A DNA stretch of 64,000 bases from an uncultured Verrucomicrobiae bacterium (GCA_963764165.1 CAVXRD010000003.1:1-64000), one strand, 5' to 3'; positions 26,788 through 36,371 are shown, counted from the stretch's first letter. Translations and numbers: made by a program. Notes: generated by a model from the sequence alone, not told the origin.

Positions 26788-27810
26788 TCACAACCTCACC
26801 GGTTTTCCGGTGGCAGCCGATTTATCCGCCGCGAACATCACCTCATGCGTTTTCATCGCGTCGCTCAGGCTCGTCAACGGCATTTCGACGCCCGCTGCAA
26901 TCGACTCGAAGAATTTATCGAACTGCGTTTGATACGGATGATCGGCCACATCTCCGGAATCGAGCATCTTCATGGCAAGATTGCTCCAGGCGTGGCGATT
27001 GGTGTGGAGCTTCATCGAGTGAAACTTGTTGTCCAGCAAGCTTCCCTCGCTGCCGACAAGATGGGTGTGAAAATAATACGGCTGCAAACAATCCACGATG
27101 GCCGCGCATTTTCCGATCTTGCCGCTCTTGAATTTCAGCAGCGTCACACTGGAAGTCTTGTATTCGTAGGGCTCGAAAATCGGGCTTTTGGATTTCGTAT
27201 GGTAGCTGCTCACTTCCGCGACATCATCGCCCATGCAGAGCATCAGCGCATCCAGCGCGTGGCAGCCCGCTGTCAACAATGCGCTACCGCCGGCGTCCTT
27301 GCGCGTGTTCCAGCGGAATTGCCCGTACCAAGGCCCAATGCCATGATAATAATCGACTTCGCCATAGTGCAAATCACCGAGCAACCCCTGGTCGAGCACC
27401 GCCTTGGTGGAGAGAAATTGGCTGGAGTAACGGCATTCAAAACAAACGCAGCTTTTGCGCCCCGCCTTTTTGACCGCCGCATCAATCGCCTGGCAATCCT
27501 TCCATGACAACGCCAGCGGTTTCTCGATGATGACATGTTTCGCCGCCGCCGCCGCCGCCACGGCATGCTCGCGATGCTGATAAGGATAGCTGCAAATCGA
27601 GACCGCATCCAAATTCGGATGGGCCAGCATCGATTTGTAATTGGTGTAGGTGGAAATGGGGCTGCCGTGCTTCGCGCTCAGCTCTTGCGCATCCAGGTGG
27701 CGTGACGAGTATACGGCGGTGACTTGCGCATGCGGCCCCGCGTTAATGGCGGCGATATGGGCGCCCGCGACCCAGCCGTAGCCGACAATTCCAACATTAT
27801 ATTTTTTCAC
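26788..27810 (-). CDS. Gfo/Idh/MocA-family oxidoreductase
   Basis: VGIVGYGWVA, KHVIIEKPLA and GGSALLTAGCHALD. Confidence 0.92.
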   Translation of the reverse strand: MKKYNVGIVGYGWVAGAHIAAINAGPHAQVTAVYSSRHLDAQELSAKHGSPISTYTNYKSMLAHPNLDAVSICSYPYQHREHAVAAAAAAKHVIIEKPLALSWKDCQAIDAAVKKAGRKSCVCFECRYSSQFLSTKAVLDQGLLGDLHYGEVDYYHGIGPWYGQFRWNTRKDAGGSALLTAGCHALDALMLCMGDDVAEVSSYHTKSKSPIFEPYEYKTSSVTLLKFKSGKIGKCAAIVDCLQPYYFHTHLVGSEGSLLDNKFHSMKLHTNRHAWSNLAMKMLDSGDVADHPYQTQFDKFFESIAAGVEMPLTSLSDAMKTHEVMFAADKSAATGKPVRL

Positions 27811-28012
27811 AGCGTAGAAATTCTGGGTGTGAACGTGGCACGGCGCGAGCGGTTTTCAAAGTGGAAAATGGCAGCCGAACCATGGGGAAATGTTGAACAT
27901 GGAACGACCGAACGCAGGAAAAGAGACTGAAGTTGGATTCATACTGCACGGTTTCGCCTTTCAAATGGGTGAAATTTCCGACATCTTGGAATTGTAACCG
28001 GATCAATCCAAA

Positions 28013-28435
28013 ATGAAAAATCAGGACATTCGCTGGATTCAACGCTTTCGAAACTTTAAGCGGGCTTTCCGACAGTTATCGGATGCGGTGGCTTTGGCAA
28101 AGCAGCGCAACTTGTCCGAGCTGGAACAACAGGGGTTGATTCAGGCATTTGAATTCACGCATGAGCTGGCGTGGAACACGTTGAAAGATTTTCTCGATTT
28201 CCAAGGCGTGAAGGACCTGTATGGCTCGAAGGATGCCACGCGGGCCGCATTCAAGGCCGGGTTAATCGGGGACGGTGAGACTTGGATGGAGATGATCGAC
28301 AGCCGCAACAAGTCCACCCACACTTACGAAGCCAGCACCGCCGAGGCGATTGCCGGGCTTATTGTTTCCAGCTACCAGTCGGCGTTCGAAACGTTTCAAA
28401 TTAAATTTGCGGAATTGGAGCGCGCGGAAACATGA
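28013..28435 (+). CDS. HEPN protein (HI0074-like nucleotidyltransferase substrate-binding family; putative RNase toxin)
   Basis: DIRWIQRF, GLIQAFEFTHELAWNTLKD and HEPN motif RNKSTHTY. Confidence 0.9.
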   Translation: MKNQDIRWIQRFRNFKRAFRQLSDAVALAKQRNLSELEQQGLIQAFEFTHELAWNTLKDFLDFQGVKDLYGSKDATRAAFKAGLIGDGETWMEMIDSRNKSTHTYEASTAEAIAGLIVSSYQSAFETFQIKFAELERAET

Positions 28436-28758
28436 GCGCCGCCCATGGATTGAGCGACGAGGCGGTGGCGCAAATCCACGCGGCGCTGGCCCATCATCCT
28501 GAAGTGGAGAAAGCGGTGCTCTACGGTTCGCGCGCCAAGGGAAATTTCAAGCCGGGTTCCGATGTTGATCTTACTTTGGTGGGATTCCAAGTGACGTCCA
28601 AAATTCTTGGCGATATTCAAAGTGAACTGGAAGGCGGGCTGCTGCCTTACACGTTCGATCTTTCCATACTGGCACAGATCACGCAGGGCGATCTTCTTGA
28701 TCATATTCGGCGGGTGGGCGTGGTTTTTTATGAAAAAAACCATTGCCTGCATAGATGA
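28432..28758 (+). CDS. Minimal nucleotidyltransferase (MNT; putative antitoxin)
   Basis: LYGSRAKGNFKPGSDVDL (GS-x10-DxD), LLDHIRRVG, and ATGA overlap with the HEPN gene. Confidence 0.9.
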   Translation: MSAAHGLSDEAVAQIHAALAHHPEVEKAVLYGSRAKGNFKPGSDVDLTLVGFQVTSKILGDIQSELEGGLLPYTFDLSILAQITQGDLLDHIRRVGVVFYEKNHCLHR

Positions 28759-28760
28759 AG

Positions 28761-29093
28761 GCCTTCACCGGAAAACTTTAGGCAATGAAATTGTCCCAGC
28801 AAGCCGCCCATGCTGGAACGCCCTTGCAGGGCTTTGCAAAACTGTGGGCGAAGATCCCAGGGCGTTGCCCTGGGCTGGTGTTATTTCGCCCCTTTGGGGC
28901 CTGGCCAGCATTGCCCGGCGCCAACGGCCCGTTTCGATTTCACCGTGGATGGAAGTGCCCCCGTGGGTCACGCTGCCGTTCGCCAGCGCCAAAGGCGCGT
29001 CTCAATTTCAGCCCAAGGCAACGCCTTGGGAAAAACCCACCCGCAGAAATCCTAAAAGCCCTAAAAAGGGCGCGCCATCCCATGCCACAATCC
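28761..29093 (+). repeat. Direct repeat copy 1, multi-hairpin REPIN-like unit upstream of tnpA
   Basis: Hairpins A (28820-28832), B CCCAGGGCGTTGCCCTGGG (28856-28874) and C (28888-28900), then inverted C' (28986-28998), B' (29012-29030) and A' (29058-29071). Ends in ATGCCACAATCC. Confidence 0.9.
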
Positions 29094-29534
29094 CTTGCGC
29101 AATTGCACATTCACCTGATCTTCAGCACCAAAAACCGCGAACCCGTCCTGCACGACGCCGTGCGCGATGCCCTGCATCGTTACATGGCAACTGTTCTGCA
29201 AAACCTGCGTTGCCCGCCCGTCCTTATCAATTCGGTCTCCGATCACGTCCATATTCTGTTCGAACTGGCTCGCACGGTTGCCGTCAGCGACTCGGTGGAA
29301 GACGTCAAAAAGACTTCGTCGAAATGGATCAAAACGCAAGGCGCGGAATTTGCCCGGTTTGCCTGGCAGGCCGGATATGGCGCATTTGCCGTTTCAGCAT
29401 CAAACGTCGAGGCCGTGCGGGAATACATCGCGGGCCAACAGCAGCACCACCGCAAGAAATCGTTTCAAGAAGAATATCGGGCCTTTCTCGAACGGCACCG
29501 GATTGCGTTCGACGAAAAATATGTGTGGGATTAG
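29082..29534 (+). CDS. tnpA: IS200/IS605-family Y1 HUH transposase (TnpA, RAYT-like context)
   Basis: 150 aa from MPQSL. HLIFSTKNR, HUH motif DHVHIL, WQAGYGAFAVS and catalytic EYIAGQQQHH. No tnpB. Confidence 0.93.
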   Translation: MPQSLAQLHIHLIFSTKNREPVLHDAVRDALHRYMATVLQNLRCPPVLINSVSDHVHILFELARTVAVSDSVEDVKKTSSKWIKTQGAEFARFAWQAGYGAFAVSASNVEAVREYIAGQQQHHRKKSFQEEYRAFLERHRIAFDEKYVWD

Positions 29535-29558
29535 AATGCCGCAGGATACATGAACGAA

Positions 29559-29888
29559 GCCTTCACCGGAAAACTTGAGGCAATGAAATTGTCCTCGCAA
29601 GCCGCCCAGTCTGGAACGCCCTTGCAGGGCTTTGCAAAACCGTGGGCGAAGATCCCAGGGCGTTGCCCTGGGCTGGTGTTGTTTCGCCCCTTTGGGGCCG
29701 GGCTAATATACGCGGCGCCAACGGCCGGTTTCAATTCCACCGGGGATGGAAGCGGCCCGTTGGGCCACGCCGCCGTTCCCCAGCGCCAAAGGCGCGTCTC
29801 CATTTCAGCCCAAGGCAGCGCCTTGGGAAAACCCACCCGCTTCAAACCCAAAAGCCCTGAAAGGGCGCGCCTTCCCATGCCCCAATCC
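29559..29888 (+). repeat. Direct repeat copy 2 downstream of tnpA
   Basis: Colinear with copy 1 from GCCTTCACCGGAAAACTT to ATGCCCCAATCC, with the same hairpin set. Confidence 0.9.
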
Positions 29889-29923
29889 GGGGAAAATATC
29901 TGACAGTGTCGTAAGTAGATCAA

Positions 29924-32752
29924 TCACGGCAGCACGCCGAGGCGGTAGAAACGTTCGGGCAATTTGGCCACGCCGGGGTCGATGAGTTGAATTTGAGAAC
30001 CCGTGCCGATGATCTGATCGGCGAGAATAGACCAATTGGTGGTGGCGAGGTTGTCGGTGTATTCGACTCGGTAGACCAAACCTTGAACGGACACGAAATT
30101 CACGTTGATGGCTTGGCCGCTGGCGGAAACGCTTCCGATGAGCGGCTTCGGTGTGTTGGTGGGATTGGTGCCGGTCACGGTGATTCCCGCGGACAATGCG
30201 CTGGTGTTGCCTGCGGGATCGGTGGCGGTGGCGGTGATGATTTGGCCGAGCGGCACTGATGTTCCGACCTTGTTCGTAAAACTGGCACTGCCGCCGGCGC
30301 CGGTGACGATAGTAGCGGCTCCGAGATACGTGGCGGCTTGCGCCTGATTGGCTGGAGGCGGGCTGGTGTAGAAATCGAGTTGGAACGCAGTATTGGCCGA
30401 GCTTGTCAGCATGCCGGAGATCGTGGTGTTTGAGGCGGCTACGGCGGAAACAAGAGCGGGCGCGGATTCGGAACCGGATTGATTGGCGTCTTCGTAAAGG
30501 CCAATGCCGCCGCCGGTGTTTCCAAAGATCGAGTTGCCGCGAAGAACGTTGTTGGTCGTGTCTGCGTAATAGAGCGCGATCCCGCCGTTGAGATTGTCGG
30601 CGATAAGATTAGCCGCCCCGGGAGTTGTGCCGCCGACGACGTTGGACGTCGCGTTTCCGAACATGCCGACTCCCGCCTGGCCGTTTGGAACTGCAGATGC
30701 GTTATCAATATTTAAGCCGATGGTATTGCCTTGAACAATGTTGGCGAACGCGCCGTCATCGATGAGCACGCCGTTGAGCGTGTTGCCGGAAATGAAATTC
30801 CGGCCGCCGACGCAGCCAATGACGTTCCCTTGCGCGCCGGTTAAAAGCTCCACGCCGGAATAGGAGTTCGCTAGGGCTGAAGCGCCCGTTGCATCCAAGC
30901 CGATCCAATTGCCTTCGACGAAATTTCCCGACGTGCCGGATTCATCCATCATGATCCCGTCCGCGGCGTTTCCGGAAATGATGTTTCCTGCTCCTGGCAC
31001 CGTCCCTCCGATGATATTAGACTGCGCGCCATCAAAAATTTCCACGCCGGACCCGGCGTTCGGGACGGCGCTCTTGCCGGTTGCGTCCAATCCGATCCAA
31101 TTGCCTTCGACAAGATTGCTGATCGTGCCGGGATCTTGCAACGAAACGCCTTGGATGGAATTGCCGGAAATGATGTTTCGTTGCGCGGGCGATGTGCCCC
31201 CGATGTAATTTCCCCGAGCGCCGCCGGCAATTTCGATTCCCTCCCATGAATTCGGCAGAGCGGAAGCGCCAGCGGCATTGACTCCGATATAATTTCCTTC
31301 GACGAAATTACCGGTGGTGCCCGCGCCGAGAATGATCATGCCTTGAAACGCGCTGCCGGAGATCACGTTGCGCGCGGCGGTGCTGGCGCCGCCAATAGTG
31401 TTGCCGGTGGTGGCGGAATTTGGGGCGGAGGAAATCGTCACGGCCGGCAACCCATTGGAGACGGCGATCATTCCGGAAGGGTCAACCGCCACGTAACAAC
31501 CGGCGACGATGTTGCTGGCCGCGTTGGTGATCAAAATCCCGCAGGCGGCGAAGCCATTGATGACAAGCGACTGCGCCCGGCAATTCGTGCCGCCCAACAC
31601 CAATCCGCTCGCGTAAGTATCAGGACGTGGAGCGAGCGCTCCGTTGATTTGGATAGTCGGGCCGTTGGTATTCGACTGCGAATTGGTGGGCTGGCTTGCG
31701 CCGTCGAGAAAGGTTGAATTGACCAGCCACGGAAGTTGATCGGTCGGCTGGATGGTGAAGACACCGTTCGAGCAACCTGGATCATTCGTTGGGATGTTGA
31801 ACGTGATATGCGTCCCATGATGATCGTAAGCATAATACAACGCCGCGCGCAGGCTGCCGGGTCCGCTGTCCTGAGTGTTGGTCACCTGGGCGCTGATGGC
31901 CGGCCCGGCGCCATAAACGGCCGCCATGCCTGCGCGGTCTCCGTCGCTCAGAACAACGGGGCCGGGCTCGCCCATGAGGTCGATGTAATTGGTATAGGCG
32001 GGAAGCGTCACAATGGTATCGAGCGTCGCGGGATTCACCGACAAATAATTGCGCGCGTAATGCATGACCGAAAGAAAATCGTATGCGCCTTGATTGCGCG
32101 AGTCGGGCAGCAAAACGAAATTGCCGATGCCGCCGGGAACAATGTTGTTGGTCAGAATGTTGACATAGGAATTGCGGTCTGAGCGTTGATGCTCATGAAC
32201 CAGACCAAGCGTGTGCCCAATCTCGTGGCACAACGTTCCGCGATTCCACGACCCCAGTCCGACAGAAAGAAACTGCTGCCCGCCGACCATCCCCACGGCG
32301 GATTCGCCCCCCTCCAATCCGCCGGCAAGCTGGACAGTCACATAGTTGGATTGGGTGGTTCGCGGAATAAAATGAAGGTCGGCAAATGTGGCCCATTCGT
32401 TCGCGGCATCGAGGAAGGCCTTTTGATAATTCTCGGGAACGGCGTTAGTTCCAGAAGTGGCGAAGGAATAATAGACATCGCCGTCTGTCCACGTTGGGAC
32501 ATCGCCGCTGAACGCGCTTAATTTTGCCGGCCCGCCCGCAAGCTGGTCACGCCACGCCTGCAAATTCGTGACAAGAATATGCATGTCGCCGACCCGCGCG
32601 AGAACCTGGCCGGGCAGCACGGGCGCAAGGATCTGGTCGAGAACCGCGACATTCCAATCTTCTGAGGGCGGCTGGGCGCCAAGTGGCGGAGATGCGGCGA
32701 AAACCTCAAATAAGCAAAACAGCAAGAGCGGGCGGACAAGGGAAGTTCTCAT
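29924..32752 (-). CDS. Astacin-like M12A metalloprotease with beta-helix repeats and C-terminal FYR domain
   Basis: HEIGHTLGLVHEHQRSDR, Met-turn SVMHY, repeated N-x-ISGN/GN-x-IG units and a signal peptide. Start 32752 (or 32767). Confidence 0.92.
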   Translation of the reverse strand: MRTSLVRPLLLFCLFEVFAASPPLGAQPPSEDWNVAVLDQILAPVLPGQVLARVGDMHILVTNLQAWRDQLAGGPAKLSAFSGDVPTWTDGDVYYSFATSGTNAVPENYQKAFLDAANEWATFADLHFIPRTTQSNYVTVQLAGGLEGGESAVGMVGGQQFLSVGLGSWNRGTLCHEIGHTLGLVHEHQRSDRNSYVNILTNNIVPGGIGNFVLLPDSRNQGAYDFLSVMHYARNYLSVNPATLDTIVTLPAYTNYIDLMGEPGPVVLSDGDRAGMAAVYGAGPAISAQVTNTQDSGPGSLRAALYYAYDHHGTHITFNIPTNDPGCSNGVFTIQPTDQLPWLVNSTFLDGASQPTNSQSNTNGPTIQINGALAPRPDTYASGLVLGGTNCRAQSLVINGFAACGILITNAASNIVAGCYVAVDPSGMIAVSNGLPAVTISSAPNSATTGNTIGGASTAARNVISGSAFQGMIILGAGTTGNFVEGNYIGVNAAGASALPNSWEGIEIAGGARGNYIGGTSPAQRNIISGNSIQGVSLQDPGTISNLVEGNWIGLDATGKSAVPNAGSGVEIFDGAQSNIIGGTVPGAGNIISGNAADGIMMDESGTSGNFVEGNWIGLDATGASALANSYSGVELLTGAQGNVIGCVGGRNFISGNTLNGVLIDDGAFANIVQGNTIGLNIDNASAVPNGQAGVGMFGNATSNVVGGTTPGAANLIADNLNGGIALYYADTTNNVLRGNSIFGNTGGGIGLYEDANQSGSESAPALVSAVAASNTTISGMLTSSANTAFQLDFYTSPPPANQAQAATYLGAATIVTGAGGSASFTNKVGTSVPLGQIITATATDPAGNTSALSAGITVTGTNPTNTPKPLIGSVSASGQAINVNFVSVQGLVYRVEYTDNLATTNWSILADQIIGTGSQIQLIDPGVAKLPERFYRLGVLP

Positions 32753-32976
32753 AAGGCCAATATGCAATCACCAAGCCAAATGTTAGCCCTCGCGAATCAC
32801 CCTTTAAGGTAGGTGAATGCCTCCCATCGATCATCCCAAACCCGTCCGGCAATGATCCAATAAACGCCATGCCGCCCTCGTTCCCATTGCACCTGAACAA
32901 GGGCGGCTGCGCCCCAACCCGCGCGGAAGGACCGGCTCAAGCCGGACAGATTGCCGCCGGCCGCTGGCGGGCCTGT

Positions 32977-33603
32977 CTAAAAGGTCAACGTGTAGGACGC
33001 GAAGATCCCCGTGTTCCTAATGGGCTTGATGCCGCTTGGCGAGACCGAGAGGTATTTGACACCCAGGCCAATCGCGCTGGAGCCGAACTTATATTTGACT
33101 CCGCCCTTCATTTGCCAGGCCCCATCGAGCTCGGAGCCGACCAGGTCGGAATTGAAGTTGGCTACCTCGATCGCGTCAAGGCCGCCGCCGCCGCCGGCGT
33201 AGGCGACCCAGTGCTCGTTGAAATGCCAGCTGGCAACGGCGTTCACCAGCACCGGCACCTGCAGGAGGTCCGCGTCGGAGCCGGAGGCGGTGCCGCTGTT
33301 CCACAGGATGCCCGTTTCAACCTCCGGCGCCAGCGAGAGATGGTCGGTGATCTTGAAGGCGTAGCCCATCGAGAGATCCAGGCGGTAACCCGTGCTGCTG
33401 GTTGGGAAGACAGTCTTCGCGCCAAGCGAGTTCATGAAGTTCATGCCGGCGTCTGTCTCGAAGTATAACCCGTGGGTTTTGCCCATCCCGTCGTCGCCGT
33501 CAGCGGCGTGAAGCGGCGCGGCGCCGGCGCACAGGCCGGCTGCGGCGATCAGGAAGGCAAACCATCCATTATTGAGATTGCGTTGTTTCATAATACTTTT
33601 CAT
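32977..33603 (-). CDS. Small outer-membrane beta-barrel protein
   Basis: Signal peptide, amphipathic strands (YAGGGGG, AWQMKGGVKYKF) and terminal YTLTF. Start 33603 or 33591. Confidence 0.85.
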   Translation of the reverse strand: MKSIMKQRNLNNGWFAFLIAAAGLCAGAAPLHAADGDDGMGKTHGLYFETDAGMNFMNSLGAKTVFPTSSTGYRLDLSMGYAFKITDHLSLAPEVETGILWNSGTASGSDADLLQVPVLVNAVASWHFNEHWVAYAGGGGGLDAIEVANFNSDLVGSELDGAWQMKGGVKYKFGSSAIGLGVKYLSVSPSGIKPIRNTGIFASYTLTF

Positions 33604-33765
33604 TTTTCTAACGTTTGCATTGTTGCGTTCATTCAAACCGCCGTGCGCCAAAGAACACCCTTGGACACATCCAATCTGGCTGGTCTGAAATCCATAAAGC
33701 GGATCGCGAATTTTTGTTTGCTTGACACGGAAGGAATTGTGATGGGGCATTTTTCCGCAGCGCAT

Positions 33766-34185
33766 TTATTTGTAGGCCACGCCGACGCCTGTGTAGTGCT
33801 TCACCTTGGTTTCCAAGGTCCAGTTCCGCGGTGTTTTTGCCTCCTGGATTTCAATGACTGCGTCGCAGCCCGCGGCGCGGGCTTCATCCTTGAACAGCGG
33901 GAAGGCGTTTTGAACCGAACGATCGGCGAAGAATTGGGCTTCGCATTGGACGTCCAATATGGCGACGCGCTCGAAGTCTCTCGCCGGAAGCCCGTTGGTG
34001 AAGATTTCCACCGGCGCTCCGGCGGGCCTGGGCGGGCGGGGTTGGTGAACAAAAGTGTGGGTTCCCACTTCGCTCGCGCAACCAGCGAGGATGGAGATCG
34101 CGGCGACGCCCGGCAACAGGCGCGCGGAGATCTTCCGCAATTGAGCGAGGCCGCGGCGGGCAAGCGCAAATGTCAGAGTCTTCAT
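33766..34185 (-). CDS. Lipoprotein, possibly YbjQ/DUF4156-like fold
   Basis: Lipobox ILAGC and KDEARAAGCDAVI motif. Confidence 0.75.
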   Translation of the reverse strand: MKTLTFALARRGLAQLRKISARLLPGVAAISILAGCASEVGTHTFVHQPRPPRPAGAPVEIFTNGLPARDFERVAILDVQCEAQFFADRSVQNAFPLFKDEARAAGCDAVIEIQEAKTPRNWTLETKVKHYTGVGVAYK

Positions 34186-34188
34186 GGT

Positions 34189-34668
34189 TCACTTGGTGGT
34201 TAAGTTGCTGTTGAGAAGCTCGGTCATCTGGTCAATGACCTGTTTGTTCCATCCCTGCTGGCCGGCGAGGCCAACAAACGACTTGTGGGTCTCCACCCAG
34301 ATGTGCGTTTCGTTTTCGGACTGTGGATACAGGTAAACATTCACCGTCTCCCCGCCGCTGCCGACGACGAGCCCGAACTTGCGCGGTCTTTCCCCGGACA
34401 GGAAATACGGCTGCTGTATTTTGATTTTGCACCCGACGAATGTCAGCGCCCGCATGGCGGCCTGCCGCACCTCGTCCTGGCTCTTGGCGAAGACAACGGG
34501 TGTGTGCCCCTTGACGTCACCTTGTGTCAGGATTTTTTCCTTCGTCATGGAGCCATCTCGGGAGATTTCCTGGTTCCCGGAAGGAGGTGTGGACGCGCAT
34601 CCAGACAGCCAGACGCATGAGCTGACCAACACGGCGGCGGCAGTGCATTTGAATTGGATATTTTTCAT
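34189..34668 (-). CDS. Lipoprotein of unknown function
   Basis: Lipobox WLSGC, 3 nt from the next gene. Confidence 0.75.
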   Translation of the reverse strand: MKNIQFKCTAAAVLVSSCVWLSGCASTPPSGNQEISRDGSMTKEKILTQGDVKGHTPVVFAKSQDEVRQAAMRALTFVGCKIKIQQPYFLSGERPRKFGLVVGSGGETVNVYLYPQSENETHIWVETHKSFVGLAGQQGWNKQVIDQMTELLNSNLTTK

Positions 34669-34726
34669 ACTTTTATTTGACTGATGTTTTTGTTGAATTT
34701 GTTGTTACCTGCTGCTTTCAAGCCGT

Positions 34727-34755
34727 AATACGCGGTGAGATCTCGCAATCTGACA
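34727..34755 (-). promoter_or_regulatory. Candidate ECF-type promoter for the lipoprotein/OMP genes
   Basis: Minus strand TGTC-N18-GCGTATT, preceded by a T-tract. Confidence 0.4.
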
Positions 34756-34803
34756 AAAAAGGGGCCGTTCGCCCCGGTCTTTTTATTTTTTTTGCGGAAT
34801 TCC

Positions 34804-34831
34804 TGTCGGGTTTTTCCGGATTGAGTCCATT
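34804..34831 (+). promoter_or_regulatory. Candidate ECF promoter, copy 1 (upstream of the ECF gene)
   Basis: TGTC-N17-GTCCATT within TTCCTGTCGGGTTTTTCCGGATTGAGTCCATT. Confidence 0.65.
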
Positions 34832-34989
34832 TAAGAATCAGAGGCCATGAATTCTTGCCTGTCGAAATGTTGTGGCAAGGCGCAGCCGTCCATGTTTGGC
34901 GGCGGCGGAAGTTTTGCCGCGCCAGCCCGCTTGCGGCTTTACCTTAAACCGGCGCCCCGCCAGACTCGGGAAGCCAAACCACGCATTTT

Positions 34990-36342
34990 GTGAGCACGAA
35001 CCGTGAAGAACCCGTGGATGCCGCAAATCGTCCTGCCGAGACGGGGCCGGCTGCCGTGAATGACTGGGAGCATGTCGCCGCCTACACGCGCGGAGACGAG
35101 GCTGCGTTCGAGAGTCTTGTCGAGAAATACTTCCGCATGGTTTATGCGGCAGCCATGCGCCAGCTCGGCGATCCACATCTGGCGGAGGAAGTCGCGCAGT
35201 CCGTGTTCATCATTTTTTCACGCAAGGCAGGCAGGCTTTCGTCTAGCGTTTCCATCTGCGGATGGCTGCTGCAAACGGCGCGGTTCGTGTCCCGCGATGC
35301 CATCAAAATGCGCCAGCGCCGGCAGCGGAACGAACAGGAATTTGCGTCCAGCCTGGATCAAAGTTCATCGCCGGGCGTCGGCCAAAACGCGATCCAGGCG
35401 GTGCTTGACGAGGCTCTTCTGGCGCTGCCCGCCGCCGAGCAGGTTGGGGTGATGGCGCATTTCTACGAGGGGAAAAATTTCAAGGAAATTGGCCGGATGC
35501 TGGCCATCAGCGAGGATGGCGCCCAAAAAAGGGTTTCGCGCAGCCTGGCTAAATTGCGAACTTTCCTTCTGAAACGCGGCGCAAAGGTGCCCGAGGCGGC
35601 GTTGGGAGGGTTGCTGGTGGCGCAGTTTCCCCATGACGCGGGCGCCCAGGCTGTGGCCTCCGCTCTTCAGGCCGTGCGGAATGCCGCACATGGAAAAATG
35701 GCGGCGGGCAGCGCGATCACGCTCGCGAATCGCGCGGCGCGGTTATTGCGATGGCGCGCCGCATTCAGCTTGAGCCTTAAGCTGGCGCTTCCGTTGGTTC
35801 TCGTGACCGGCGGCGTTTTGGCCGTGGAGGAATGGAATCATCCGCGGCGCTCCACTCTTCAAGCGGATGATCCGCGCATTGAATCTCTGGCCCGGAGATG
35901 GAGCGCCATGGTCATTCAGATTGCCGGCGCTGAAAAAGAGGTCTCCCAAATTTCCGTCAACGACCCGCGTTTTCAAACGATTCTGGCGCAGGTCAACTCT
36001 TTCGCCCGGGACGCGGCGCCGATACGCGACGAACTCAACGCAATGCTGACCCCGGCGCGGGAGCGCGGCCAGGTGGCCGAGTTTCTATCGGCGGAAGTTG
36101 CCGAGACGCTGCAGCTCCAATCCTCTGAGAGGCGCGATGTGTTCTCCTTTGTCAGCAAACGGCTGTCCCAGGGAGCCACGCTGACGGACGCGATGAAAGC
36201 CATGTTTCAAGACATCCCGGCTGAAGCCGTCCAGATCAAAGCGCTGCTGTCTCCAGAGCATCGAACGAGCTTTGACTCCATTTATGGCGCCCAGGGCTCT
36301 TGCCTCTTCGTTTATCTGCAAATCGCCACGGCTGGAAAGTGA
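34990..36342 (+). CDS. ECF sigma factor with C-terminal TM and extracytoplasmic extension
   Basis: Sigma2 DEAAFESLVEKYFRMVY...LAEEVAQSVF, sigma4 LDEALLALP...AQKRVSRSLAKLR, Ala-rich linker and TM LALPLVLVTGGVLAV. Confidence 0.9.
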   Translation: MSTNREEPVDAANRPAETGPAAVNDWEHVAAYTRGDEAAFESLVEKYFRMVYAAAMRQLGDPHLAEEVAQSVFIIFSRKAGRLSSSVSICGWLLQTARFVSRDAIKMRQRRQRNEQEFASSLDQSSSPGVGQNAIQAVLDEALLALPAAEQVGVMAHFYEGKNFKEIGRMLAISEDGAQKRVSRSLAKLRTFLLKRGAKVPEAALGGLLVAQFPHDAGAQAVASALQAVRNAAHGKMAAGSAITLANRAARLLRWRAAFSLSLKLALPLVLVTGGVLAVEEWNHPRRSTLQADDPRIESLARRWSAMVIQIAGAEKEVSQISVNDPRFQTILAQVNSFARDAAPIRDELNAMLTPARERGQVAEFLSAEVAETLQLQSSERRDVFSFVSKRLSQGATLTDAMKAMFQDIPAEAVQIKALLSPEHRTSFDSIYGAQGSCLFVYLQIATAGK

Positions 36343-36371
36343 AGCCGGTTCGGCGATTATTCCAAGATTCC

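Noticed and set aside
26590..27507. 305-aa plus-strand ORF
   Set aside because: Spans the REP pair and is antisense to the oxidoreductase.
27890..27900. ATGTTGAACAT palindrome as a TA operator
   Set aside because: A single short palindrome over 100 nt from the start; insufficient support.
28785..29081. 99-aa N-terminal extension of TnpA, and the similar ORF 29550-29903
   Set aside because: Both translate the hairpin repeat. The frames differ between copies, and the TnpA domain starts at MPQSL.
28761..29888. CRISPR array, or TnpB/omega-RNA system
   Set aside because: No regularly spaced repeat-spacer units, and no cas, tnpB or iscB gene.
33661..33690. Third copy of the ECF promoter before the OMP gene
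   Set aside because: GTCCAA is present on the minus strand but there is no TGTC at 17-nt spacing.
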